A DNA stretch of 64,000 nucleotides, taken from positions 260,289-324,288 of the forward strand of contig JAJNBJ010000002.1 of assembly GCA_021155965.1 (NCBI GenBank), in the 5' to 3' direction. The notes under the pieces were generated by a model that was not told where the DNA came from, ran no database searches, and saw nothing but the letters and a program-made list of their open reading frames with translations. How positions within the stretch are numbered: the stretch's first letter is position 1; the number at the start of each line of letters is the position of its first letter. This document shows positions 37,998 through 47,278 of the stretch, piece after piece. Made by a program: the position numbers and the translations under genes. The stretch comes from Flavipsychrobacter sp. (lineage in GTDB: Bacteria > Bacteroidota > Bacteroidia > Chitinophagales > Chitinophagaceae).

Positions 37998-39884
37998 TTA
38001 TGCGTCTACCTTAATAACCGTTTCTACCTTTTTCTGCTTATCGCTGAAAACAATTTCTTTCGTCTTTTCCTTTTGCCCGTATAGCGGGGAGTTCCATCCA
38101 TCATGCACCTCTGGCTGCAGTTCATTGCCCTGCGCATCTTTAGCTGTGATAGTGACTTTATTTTTCAGCACCAATGGCAAATGCCATATCTGTTTTAAAA
38201 GCATGCTCTTCGGTGCGCCTATAACCTCATCCCGTATCTCCCAAACAGGCCGCCCTTTTTGCTTTACAATAACACGCCGGTGATGAATTTTCCGCCCTAT
38301 ATATCTAAACGCATTTATTGTCCCCGTAAACATAAAGTCACTATCCCTCTCCTCCAGCCGGGCTTCAATACATTTGGGCCAGTAATACCAAATAAACCGC
38401 CCGCCCTTCAGCATCTGGTCCTTACTATTCAGCATTACCGTATTATGTGCATGTGTACCATTGAAGTAGCGCATCGTTTGTTCGTCTGTATTATACTTAT
38501 AGCTACCCGCATCAAGCAAAATATTTTCTCCTTTATGCCATACATCCAGGTGCAGGTTATCCGCATGGGATGGCCTGTCCTTATATCCACCGCATTTAAT
38601 AAATGTAATGGTGTCCCGCTCGCGGATTATATAATAGCCGCCCTTGGGAAAACTATACGTATCATGCTTTATCTGTATAATATCCGGCTCTTTTTGTATG
38701 CCATACCATGCCATATCTTCGCATGGGCCAACATGTATATCAATTTTCAAAACTGCTGCAAACGCCTGCAACTGTGGCCTGTAATCCCTGAAATGTGCAT
38801 TATTTAGCTTGAAGAACAATGCCCCGTCGTTAGCGCCATAATTGGGCAACCAGCCATTCTCATCTGCCATACACGTCCTCAAGAACATGAGCGATGAAGC
38901 CGCATGCTTATAAACAGTGGCGGTGAACTTCTCTCCATTCTTTTCAGACAACGTAATACCCCAGGTCAGCAATTGCACAACTATCCTATGGTAATTCATG
39001 GAGAACTGCAGGAAAGTGCCGTCATCATATACCTGGTAAGCTATTTCTTCCTCAAACCACTTTTTACCTTCCGTTTTCCATGTTTCAGCACCGGGTAATG
39101 TTGGATAAAAAATCCCTGCCAGGTACAATGCCAATGTTTCCGTTATCGCATGATTGTTGCGAACCGCTATCCTTGAAAAATCTATGTTCTTATATACATG
39201 GTGCATATGCCAGTATATGGCATACTGAACCTGGTTGAAAACCTCTTCAGTTAAAAATGTAGAATTCCGGTAGTAGTGTAAGGCAAATGTCCAGTTCAGT
39301 ACCCGCAGCGACATCTCCTGGCTGCAACGGTAATTAGGTCCACAGTTCACGGGGTTACTCTTTATCCAAGACATTATCTCGCTAAACACAAATTCCGCAC
39401 AATCTTCACCAAAATGATGATCGTACCGTATAATATCATACAAATAAGAGAACCGTGATTTCTCCCACACAAACTTTATGTCGCCTGCCTCCTTTGAGTA
39501 GTCTGGTATCTCTGTCCAGTGCTTCTTTATATCATATTTGAAGTCCGAATCAGGATTTGTCACCCAATCATAGTCCTTGCCCAGTTCAGTAAGCACACTA
39601 TTGAACAAAAGTAATTTTCCTTGCCTGATATTATTATAAGTCGTCTTTAATTCAGGCTGCGGATCTTTCTCAATAGCCAGGGATTCCCTGTCCTTAAAGA
39701 AAAAAACAGCATTTTGCTTTTTCCAGTCAGCTAGCGTGATGTATTGTTTGAAAGGTGGAGCCTTCGGAAATTTACTTTTCAAAAGTCCGCTCCGGCGCAG
39801 AAGTTCATATCGCAGCCTGAAACTTATGTATCGCCAGCCCATGTTGCCGGCAAGGTTAATGATCTTATTTATTGTTCCTGCCAT
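37998..39884 (-). CDS. Heparinase II/III-like (alginate-lyase-fold) family protein
   Basis: 628 aa; ..NNHAITE...DGTFLQFSMNYHR...HADNLHLDVW.. resembles heparinase II/III family proteins found in O-antigen/capsule loci. Confidence 0.7.
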   Translation of the reverse strand: MAGTINKIINLAGNMGWRYISFRLRYELLRRSGLLKSKFPKAPPFKQYITLADWKKQNAVFFFKDRESLAIEKDPQPELKTTYNNIRQGKLLLFNSVLTELGKDYDWVTNPDSDFKYDIKKHWTEIPDYSKEAGDIKFVWEKSRFSYLYDIIRYDHHFGEDCAEFVFSEIMSWIKSNPVNCGPNYRCSQEMSLRVLNWTFALHYYRNSTFLTEEVFNQVQYAIYWHMHHVYKNIDFSRIAVRNNHAITETLALYLAGIFYPTLPGAETWKTEGKKWFEEEIAYQVYDDGTFLQFSMNYHRIVVQLLTWGITLSEKNGEKFTATVYKHAASSLMFLRTCMADENGWLPNYGANDGALFFKLNNAHFRDYRPQLQAFAAVLKIDIHVGPCEDMAWYGIQKEPDIIQIKHDTYSFPKGGYYIIRERDTITFIKCGGYKDRPSHADNLHLDVWHKGENILLDAGSYKYNTDEQTMRYFNGTHAHNTVMLNSKDQMLKGGRFIWYYWPKCIEARLEERDSDFMFTGTINAFRYIGRKIHHRRVIVKQKGRPVWEIRDEVIGAPKSMLLKQIWHLPLVLKNKVTITAKDAQGNELQPEVHDGWNSPLYGQKEKTKEIVFSDKQKKVETVIKVDA

Positions 39885-39890
39885 CCGGTA

Positions 39891-41444
39891 CTACAACGTT
39901 ACAACAAATTCAGTTCCCTCATCCGGTTTGCTTTCCACAGAAATATTACCACCCAGCGATTCAACCTGTGTTTTGGTGAGATAAAGTCCAAAGCCCTTGC
40001 TGTCGTGCCCGGCATGGAATACCTGGTTCAGCTTGAATATCTTGTCGCCATGCCGCTCCATATCTATGCCAAGTCCGTTATCGCGCACTGATAATTGTAC
40101 CTTGTCATTCTCCATTTTGGTGCAGATGGTAATATCAGGCGGCACTCCCGACCGGTGATACTTAAGCGCGTTGCTGATGAAATTGTATAGGATGCTTTCA
40201 AGATATGCCTTAGGATAATGTATAATCTTCACATCAAGCGACAAACTGATCTTTGCCTGTTTCTCAAACATTGCGCTTTGCAGTTGTGTCATCACTTCGT
40301 TCACCACTCCCTCCACATCACATGCTACAACAGGCACATTTTTATTCAGCTTCACTTCTGCTATCTTCATCAGCGATGCCAGGCTGTTCATTAACGATGT
40401 ACTGGCATCCTGTATAAATGTCAGTCCTTCCTCCACGGTAAATGCACCACGCAATTTCCCTTCGGGGCTATCGCTGTTGGTTTGGGCAAGCAGCGCATCT
40501 GTCAACAATTTGATATTAGCCGCCGGGCCTCTTAGGTTATGGGCAATTATATAGCTCAGTTCCTCCAGTTGGCTCACTTTATTCTGCAAGTGAACTTTGG
40601 TAGCTTCAAGTTCAGAGTTCTTCCTCACGTTCTCCAGCTCCAGTTCCTTCATTTTCGTAATATCTACCGCCTGGGCTATAAAGAACTTCGGTTCATCATT
40701 TTTACCCCATACCAATGAGAGGGTAAATAATGTGTACACAATTTTTCCATGCTTCGAGATATACCTTCGCTCCCTCGTAAAATTCGGCATCTCACGCTGC
40801 AGCATCTTTTTCACCAGTTCTTTATTCTCCCTTCTCTCCTCGTGGTGAGTAATATCGCGCACATGGATCTGCATCAACTGCTCCTTGCCGTATCCCGTGA
40901 TCTCGCACATAGCTTTATTCGCGTCAAGCCACTTGCCATCAGGACTAAGCATTGCCATACCAATACCCGAATCATGAAATGCACTTTCAAAAGTATCTCT
41001 GCTGGTTTTTAATTCTTCCTGAACAGCTATCATCTCCGATATATTCATCGAATAGCCGATAATAATATCCAGGTTGCCGTTGTCATCAAAAACAGGATGG
41101 ATCTTTCTAAGCGTATGCCTGATATTGCCTGTTACGTCAACAGATCTTTCAACCCACTTTATGACCCGTCTTTCGTCTCTGGCAGTATCATACATTTTCA
41201 TACGCCGTTCAGCGATGGTTGTTGAGGTATTTTTATGTTTAAAATACTCTTCATCAGTTTTGCCTATCAGCCAGTCCCGCGTTCGCGCATCGGGCATGGC
41301 TCCGGGGCTCACAAATAAAAACTTATACTTGTTATCAAGCACTACTATATCAGCGGAGATATTGTTCAATATCCGCTCATAAAAGAGGCGCTGCTGTTCC
41401 AGCAGTTTATCTTTATCCGGTCCTGTTTCTGAATTACTATTCAA
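39891..41444 (-). CDS. Cytoplasmic PAS-domain sensor histidine kinase
   Basis: 517 aa; two PAS-like segments, H-box SYIIAHNLRGP, HATPase_c motifs (NALKY, DNGLGID, GFGLYL); apparent TTG start; no TM helices. Confidence 0.85.
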   Translation of the reverse strand: MNSNSETGPDKDKLLEQQRLFYERILNNISADIVVLDNKYKFLFVSPGAMPDARTRDWLIGKTDEEYFKHKNTSTTIAERRMKMYDTARDERRVIKWVERSVDVTGNIRHTLRKIHPVFDDNGNLDIIIGYSMNISEMIAVQEELKTSRDTFESAFHDSGIGMAMLSPDGKWLDANKAMCEITGYGKEQLMQIHVRDITHHEERRENKELVKKMLQREMPNFTRERRYISKHGKIVYTLFTLSLVWGKNDEPKFFIAQAVDITKMKELELENVRKNSELEATKVHLQNKVSQLEELSYIIAHNLRGPAANIKLLTDALLAQTNSDSPEGKLRGAFTVEEGLTFIQDASTSLMNSLASLMKIAEVKLNKNVPVVACDVEGVVNEVMTQLQSAMFEKQAKISLSLDVKIIHYPKAYLESILYNFISNALKYHRSGVPPDITICTKMENDKVQLSVRDNGLGIDMERHGDKIFKLNQVFHAGHDSKGFGLYLTKTQVESLGGNISVESKPDEGTEFVVTL

Positions 41445-41456
41445 TGATAAAGCAAA

Positions 41457-42557
41457 CTAATTCAATGTAAATATACTTATAATATTTTTAATTATGCGCT
41501 CGGCCGTTTTACCGTCCCATAATTCGGGTATTTCACCTTTTTTCCATTCCCCGGCAAATAACCGCTCAAAAGCCGGTGCAACGCTTTTGGGATTGGTGCC
41601 TAAAAGCTCATTTGTGCCCACTGTGCAGGTTTCCGGCCTTTCAGTACTGTTCCTCAGGGTCATACAGGGAATGCCCATTACCGTGGTTTCTTCCGTTATT
41701 CCCCCGGAATCTGTTATCACAGCTTTGGCATTCTTTACCAGGTAATTGAATTCAAGGTAGCCCAGCGGTTCAATAACATACAAATTGCTTGCTTCAATAC
41801 CGGTGGTCTCCAGCATCTTTGCCGTACGCGGATGCACCGGGAAAACCAACGGCAAGCCATTCGATGCATCTATTATTTCCATCACCAGTTCCTTCAGTGT
41901 TTCTTTCGAGTCCACATTATTTGGCCGGTGCAGGGTCATTACAATATATCCTTTCTCCTGCAAACCATACTTATCCCATATAACCGGTTTCGCGAAACGC
42001 GGCATTTGTTTATACAGCGTATCTATCATGGTATTACCCACAAAAAATATCTGCTCATGCTTTACGCCGGCCTTTTGCAGGTTCATATTGGCAACCTTAG
42101 ACGTAGTGAAAAAGTAATCGGTGATTGAATCAGTCACTATCCTGTTTATCTCCTCCGGCATTGTCCAGTCACCTGAACGGATACCACCTTCCACATGTGC
42201 TACCTTTATATTATTCACCTTCTTTGCAGCTATAGAGCATGCCATTGTAGAAGTAACATCACCAACCACTATGCACAGATCGCATGGCTTTTCGAGGAGA
42301 AGTTTTTCATAACCAACCATTATTTTCCCTGTCTGCTCAGCTTGCGTCCCAGAACCTACTTCCAAATTATAATGCGGCGCAGGAATGTTGAGTTGCTCAA
42401 AAAAATCACCGCTCATCTTCTTGTCATAATGCTGCCCGGTATGCACCAGCCGGTACTGAATATTTACACCTGCATTTTGCTGTGTTTCTATAGCTTCTAT
42501 AATAGGAGCTATCTTTATAAAATTCGGTCTTGCGCCTGCTATTATATCTATTAACAT
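41457..42557 (-). CDS. wecB: UDP-N-acetylglucosamine 2-epimerase (non-hydrolysing)
   Basis: 366 aa; GARPNFIK, VHTGQHYD, GDVTST, HVEGG.RS, TDSGG.QEE-like motifs. Confidence 0.92.
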   Translation of the reverse strand: MLIDIIAGARPNFIKIAPIIEAIETQQNAGVNIQYRLVHTGQHYDKKMSGDFFEQLNIPAPHYNLEVGSGTQAEQTGKIMVGYEKLLLEKPCDLCIVVGDVTSTMACSIAAKKVNNIKVAHVEGGIRSGDWTMPEEINRIVTDSITDYFFTTSKVANMNLQKAGVKHEQIFFVGNTMIDTLYKQMPRFAKPVIWDKYGLQEKGYIVMTLHRPNNVDSKETLKELVMEIIDASNGLPLVFPVHPRTAKMLETTGIEASNLYVIEPLGYLEFNYLVKNAKAVITDSGGITEETTVMGIPCMTLRNSTERPETCTVGTNELLGTNPKSVAPAFERLFAGEWKKGEIPELWDGKTAERIIKNIISIFTLN

Positions 42558-42573
42558 GGATCTTTTTACCTTT

Positions 42574-44688
42574 TTAACCTTTAATCTCTACCCACTCTCT
42601 TCTCATCAAACTCTCCACCGCCGCAAACCCTGCCAACGTGGTATTCACTATCTCATCAAATGGTATCAATGCTCCGCCACCACTCTTCACCCGCTCTACA
42701 AGTAATTTGAACTGCGCAGCATGTCCCTTATCTGTATTCGTTTTCAGTTTTGAAAAATTGCCCGTACCAAATCCCTCTGTTACACAAAAATTATCAGTAA
42801 CCAGTGTGCGCTCCTGCGCATACACTTCTATTCGCTCTTTTGGATATGCTTTAGAGCCATTTGCAAAATAATTGATCACACCCGTGCTGCCATTCTCATA
42901 CTGCAGCAATATGGAGGCATTATCCGTATTCGCCTGCGGATTTACACCCATAGCATTCATACACACAGCCTTCACTTTACTACCTGTAAGAAATGTGATG
43001 AGGTCTATATAATGGCACGCCTCACCTATTATCCGGCCACCACCAACTTTCATATCATGCACCCAACTATTGGAGGGTATATTGCCTGCGTTCATAGTGG
43101 CTATCACATTCATCTGGGCACTACCCACTACTTGTTTCACCTTTTGTATATGCGGAGAAAACCGCCGGTTGAAGCCCACAGTTAAAGTCTTGCTACTATT
43201 GTATGCTTCCAGTATATTATCCAACTCTTCCCTGTTCAGCGCTAGCGGCTTTTCAACAAACACATGCTTGCCTGCCTTCAGGCTTTCCACAGTCATTCGC
43301 GCGTGTTCATTGTGCCGTGTGGTAATAATTACCAGGTCCACATTCGGATCTGCTAATATGCTCTTATAATCGCTGGTGCTTTTGCCTATTTTATATTTTT
43401 TCGCAAGTGCAGTGCCTGTTACACCACTTGCACTAGCTATTGAATACAGCGGTGCATTCATTGCTGCCAACGCGGGTAACATTGTCATGCTCGTGAAGTT
43501 GCCGGCACCGATAATACCTATGCCACCCTTACCCGGTGCAAACGTGCCGCTCGTTACAATTACCGTATCTGCTGTATTACTCTCTTCCGGGTACTCCAAT
43601 AAGCTGGCTATACTGCTGCCGCTGCTGATGTTGTTATATATCTTGCCATACTCTGCCAACGGCACCCTTTCTGTTATTAACGATTTCACTTCCAGCTTGC
43701 CCGTAGCTATCGTCTGCAATAGGGTATCAAAATTTCGCTGCTCTGTCCATCGTACATAAGGCAGCGGGTAATCTATCCCACCCTTTTCATAACTATCGTC
43801 ATACCTCCCTGGCCCATATGAGCACGACACCTGGAAGGTCAATTCTTTTTCATAAAAATCAGCACGGCTGATGTTCAACCCTATCACACCCACCAGAATG
43901 ATACGTCCACGCTTGCGGCTCATCTTTGCCGTCTGCGATATAATATCATCACTCTTTGCCGAAGCAGTTATGATCACCCCATCAGCACCAACATTATTGG
44001 TTAGCTCGGTTACATGTTTCACCACGTCAGCGCCCTCTTTCGGGTTTATAGCAATAATGCCCTTCTTTTTCGCTATGGCTATTTTCTGCGGGTCAAGGTC
44101 TATACCTATTACCTTGCAACCGTTAGCTACTAATAACTCGGCAGTTATTAACCCTATCAATCCCAGTCCAACTACAACAATGGTTTCTCCCAGTTGTGGA
44201 TCACAAAGACGTATGCCTTGCAATCCAATAGAGCCAATTACCGTAAACGCCGCCTCCTCATCGCTCACACTATCCGGAACGTGGGCACATAAGTTCTTTG
44301 GCACACATACATATTCCGCGTGCGCCCCGTTAGATGCCACCCTGTCGCCTATTTTAAAATCAGGAACTCCCTCGCCCACAGCTATCACTTTGCCCACGTT
44401 GCAATATCCTAACGGCAATGGTTGCCCCAGCTTATTGCGTACAGCATCCATCGTTGGCTTAAGCCCATCGGTCTTTATTTTCCCCAATACCTGCTTCACT
44501 CGCTCTGGCTGCTGCATAGCTTTTTGCAGCAAGCTTGCCCTCCCAAACTCTACCAGCATTCGTTCTGTACCAATGCTCACCAGGGTGCGTGTTGTCTTAA
44601 TGAGTACATGCCCCCGTTTTACTTTGGGTGCGGGCACTTCCACAAGCACAGTTTCACCGGTCTTAAAAGATTGAATGATTTGTTTCAA
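42574..44688 (-). CDS. Bi-domain oxidoreductase (Zn-ADH-like + Gfo/Idh/MocA)
   Basis: Probable TTG start at 44688 (LKQIIQSFKTGE..); GLGLIGL Rossmann motif in the N-terminal half; GIIGAGNF and EKPLAL in the C-terminal half. Confidence 0.8.
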   Translation of the reverse strand: MKQIIQSFKTGETVLVEVPAPKVKRGHVLIKTTRTLVSIGTERMLVEFGRASLLQKAMQQPERVKQVLGKIKTDGLKPTMDAVRNKLGQPLPLGYCNVGKVIAVGEGVPDFKIGDRVASNGAHAEYVCVPKNLCAHVPDSVSDEEAAFTVIGSIGLQGIRLCDPQLGETIVVVGLGLIGLITAELLVANGCKVIGIDLDPQKIAIAKKKGIIAINPKEGADVVKHVTELTNNVGADGVIITASAKSDDIISQTAKMSRKRGRIILVGVIGLNISRADFYEKELTFQVSCSYGPGRYDDSYEKGGIDYPLPYVRWTEQRNFDTLLQTIATGKLEVKSLITERVPLAEYGKIYNNISSGSSIASLLEYPEESNTADTVIVTSGTFAPGKGGIGIIGAGNFTSMTMLPALAAMNAPLYSIASASGVTGTALAKKYKIGKSTSDYKSILADPNVDLVIITTRHNEHARMTVESLKAGKHVFVEKPLALNREELDNILEAYNSSKTLTVGFNRRFSPHIQKVKQVVGSAQMNVIATMNAGNIPSNSWVHDMKVGGGRIIGEACHYIDLITFLTGSKVKAVCMNAMGVNPQANTDNASILLQYENGSTGVINYFANGSKAYPKERIEVYAQERTLVTDNFCVTEGFGTGNFSKLKTNTDKGHAAQFKLLVERVKSGGGALIPFDEIVNTTLAGFAAVESLMRREWVEIKG

Positions 44689-44829
44689 TGTATAATGGGT
44701 TAAAATAATAAGGGTAAATAGCCATACCCCTATCTGAACATCCAAAGATAATTATTCTCCGGTTTAGTAATCTAATAACTAACACTAATGTGTAATACGT
44801 TCCATCGCACAAATCGCTACTTTTAAGGT

Positions 44830-45423
44830 ATGAGAACACTGACAACCAGCATATTACTCCTTACTATCATTCTTTCTGCCACATATGCACAGCAAAAACA
44901 AAGGACAGATACCAAAGTTGCCATCGGCCAGGCACTGCAGAAATTTCCCGGATTTGACACTACATCAATGCAAAAACTGGTTGCCATAAAGAAAAAATAT
45001 GGCATACCGCTGCCAACCTGGATACCTGATGGTTTTAAAGTAGAGAAAGTATCTGTAAAAGTGAACGGGAAATTTGACCCTATGGACCAGGGCATAGCCA
45101 TCACTTATAGCAAAAAACTACCCGATGGCAAGAAACAATCGTTCATATTTGAAGGTGCGATAGACGGTATTGGCGACCTGTTATACCAACATACGCATAT
45201 CATCAAATCTGCACTAGGCGAAATAGAATTGTGCTACGAACCCAAAGATGAGGACAATAGCAAAACACTGAAAAACTATGTGCGCACCCAATGGTTCGAC
45301 TGCAATGGTACAGCATGGGCATACAGCAGTTGCAAAGGTATAGGAAGCAAAAGTGGTAATACTACCATGATACCTATAGACGAGACAAAGAAAATATTGG
45401 CTTCATTACAGCAACTAAAATAA
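44830..45423 (+). CDS. Hypothetical secreted protein
   Basis: 197 aa with signal peptide (..ILSATYAQ). Confidence 0.55.
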   Translation: MRTLTTSILLLTIILSATYAQQKQRTDTKVAIGQALQKFPGFDTTSMQKLVAIKKKYGIPLPTWIPDGFKVEKVSVKVNGKFDPMDQGIAITYSKKLPDGKKQSFIFEGAIDGIGDLLYQHTHIIKSALGEIELCYEPKDEDNSKTLKNYVRTQWFDCNGTAWAYSSCKGIGSKSGNTTMIPIDETKKILASLQQLK

Positions 45424-45489
45424 TCACACAAATGTGGTATAGCAATGGGGGTTGGGGGATATTATCTTTGATGTACTAAATCGAAAAGT

Positions 45490-45900
45490 ATGAAGAAGCT
45501 CATTTTAATAGTATTGCTCTCTGCTGCAGGCGTCAACACATACGCCCAGCTGCACATTACCACCTCCGTACGCGAAGACTATTTATGGAACGAAGAAAAA
45601 AACGACTGGACATTCGACACCCAGAACAAGAACGAGGCCACCTTCTTTGATTTCAATAAAGACATGACCATGTTCAAGCACACCACACCGTCTATGACCT
45701 CCAGCTACCTCATTAAATCGGAGGTGACTACTGATAAGGACAGGAAAAAGTATGAGTTCGATGTGATGAGCGATGTAGGCAACAAATACCACGCTATTAT
45801 AGATGTGACCAATAATAACATCCGTTTCATTGGCACCTCCTCCGATGGCGGCAGCTTCATGGTACGCCACCAGATAAAACGCATCTGGTACGACGACTAA
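45490..45900 (+). CDS. Hypothetical secreted protein
   Basis: 136 aa with signal peptide (..GVNTYAQ). Confidence 0.55.
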   Translation: MKKLILIVLLSAAGVNTYAQLHITTSVREDYLWNEEKNDWTFDTQNKNEATFFDFNKDMTMFKHTTPSMTSSYLIKSEVTTDKDRKKYEFDVMSDVGNKYHAIIDVTNNNIRFIGTSSDGGSFMVRHQIKRIWYDD

Positions 45901-45973
45901 ACCCTCCGCTCCCGCTCTCCGCCCTCTTCCTCCTATCGTGGCAGGGTTTTTTTATACCTCTATTAAAAAACCT

Positions 45974-46177
45974 ATGGGTGAGTGGATAGTAATCGAAAAG
46001 AACCCCGAGATCATTGACCTGGCACTTGACATCATGTCCCTCGGCCTCACTGGCATACCCGATAGAGAGCCCAACGTTTACCGGCTGGAGAGCATGGATA
46101 CCGGTGAACAAAAAGTAGTGAAAACACTTGATGAATACGAACTGGGAGCTGTAATTCCCAACGGTATCATATCATAA
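45974..46177 (+). CDS. Hypothetical small protein
   Basis: 67 aa from ATG 45974 (MGEWIVIEKNPE..); weak support. Confidence 0.35.
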   Translation: MGEWIVIEKNPEIIDLALDIMSLGLTGIPDREPNVYRLESMDTGEQKVVKTLDEYELGAVIPNGIIS

Positions 46178-46319
46178 ACAGCACGGGAGAGAAATTCAGC
46201 ACAGTATTTGATTTATGCTACCTGTAACTCAAAAACTCTGTCTATGTACTATCTCTATCTTTACGCGCTCCACATGACATTGATCTTCTGGCCCGCCTGC
46301 CGCACCGTAGCCACACGCA

Positions 46320-47135
46320 TCATTTATAATACTCTATCCTTCGGGAAATAAAGAAATGTTCCGTTATGGTTCCCTTCACACTTTGGATGAGCCAGTTGCC
46401 CTGCTTATCGAACTTTAGGTTTGTCTCGTTGGTTTGTTTGGCGTAATCGTCTGTATATGTTGTTTTCTCTATCATGCATCCAGTTGAGTCCAGTATCCTG
46501 AAGACGTGAGTGCGACTATTCTCAGCCTGCTTCTCGCAATGTATCCAATCCCCGCCGCCGGGATAATACTGGTAGTCGGTCAGCCCCACTTGCTTACCGG
46601 CAGTATCATGCGATTTTGATCCGGTTAACTTTCCTGCATTGTCATATGTATATGCAACACTCAGGTGCAGCAGCCCATTAACGTAATTTTGCTCGTGCAG
46701 CAATTTTTTGTGCGAATCATAGGTATATTCATTCCTGTACACAGTTTCCCTGCCATCGTAGTAGCGGTGGTCTTCTTCTTCAGTTATTTGTTTTAGCGTA
46801 TCGTATCTGTATATCACCATGCGCACAAGCATCCCCGTATCGTTGAACTCGTTGTGCTTTGTGACCATACCGTTCGCATCTGTATCATATTTTATGTAGT
46901 TGCGGGAGTGTTGCTTCAGCACATAATCGTCGTGAATAGTTTCTGTGAGGTTACCTTTGATGTTGTATTTATCCACCGTTTTCATAAAAGGTTTGGTCAT
47001 ACGCTCGTCCACGTACTCTATCTCTGTCACCATCTTCACCCTGCCCTTCAAGCCTTCATTAGCAAGATCATTTTTCACTTGGGCAAGCCCGTTCAGGCCA
47101 CACAACAACACAAATGCTATAAACAGTTGTTTCAT
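46320..47135 (-). CDS. Hypothetical secreted protein with YD-like repeats
   Basis: From ATG 47135 (MKQLFIAFVLLCGLNGLAQ); recurrent ..Y.YD..G.L.. units. Confidence 0.6.
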   Translation of the reverse strand: MKQLFIAFVLLCGLNGLAQVKNDLANEGLKGRVKMVTEIEYVDERMTKPFMKTVDKYNIKGNLTETIHDDYVLKQHSRNYIKYDTDANGMVTKHNEFNDTGMLVRMVIYRYDTLKQITEEEDHRYYDGRETVYRNEYTYDSHKKLLHEQNYVNGLLHLSVAYTYDNAGKLTGSKSHDTAGKQVGLTDYQYYPGGGDWIHCEKQAENSRTHVFRILDSTGCMIEKTTYTDDYAKQTNETNLKFDKQGNWLIQSVKGTITEHFFISRRIEYYK

Positions 47136-47278
47136 AGAGAATTGCAGCAAAATAAAGGAATAAATTTAATAGTAGACCAAGACACCCGAACCCTAATTAT
47201 CATAAAACCTGACCATAGTCATGTTTGCGGGGTGGGAATAGCCCGAGATTTGCATTGCTTATTAATAAAACATAAAGT

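Noticed and set aside
43871-44674. 267-aa plus-strand ORF antisense to the bi-domain oxidoreductase
   Set aside because: It is a shadow ORF; the minus-strand product carries Rossmann and Gfo/Idh/MocA motifs.
46854-47278. 5' extension of the 740-aa ORF
   Set aside because: It overlaps the well-supported minus-strand secreted-protein gene (46320-47135) and translates to His/Val-rich nonsense. The gene most likely starts at ATG 47279.
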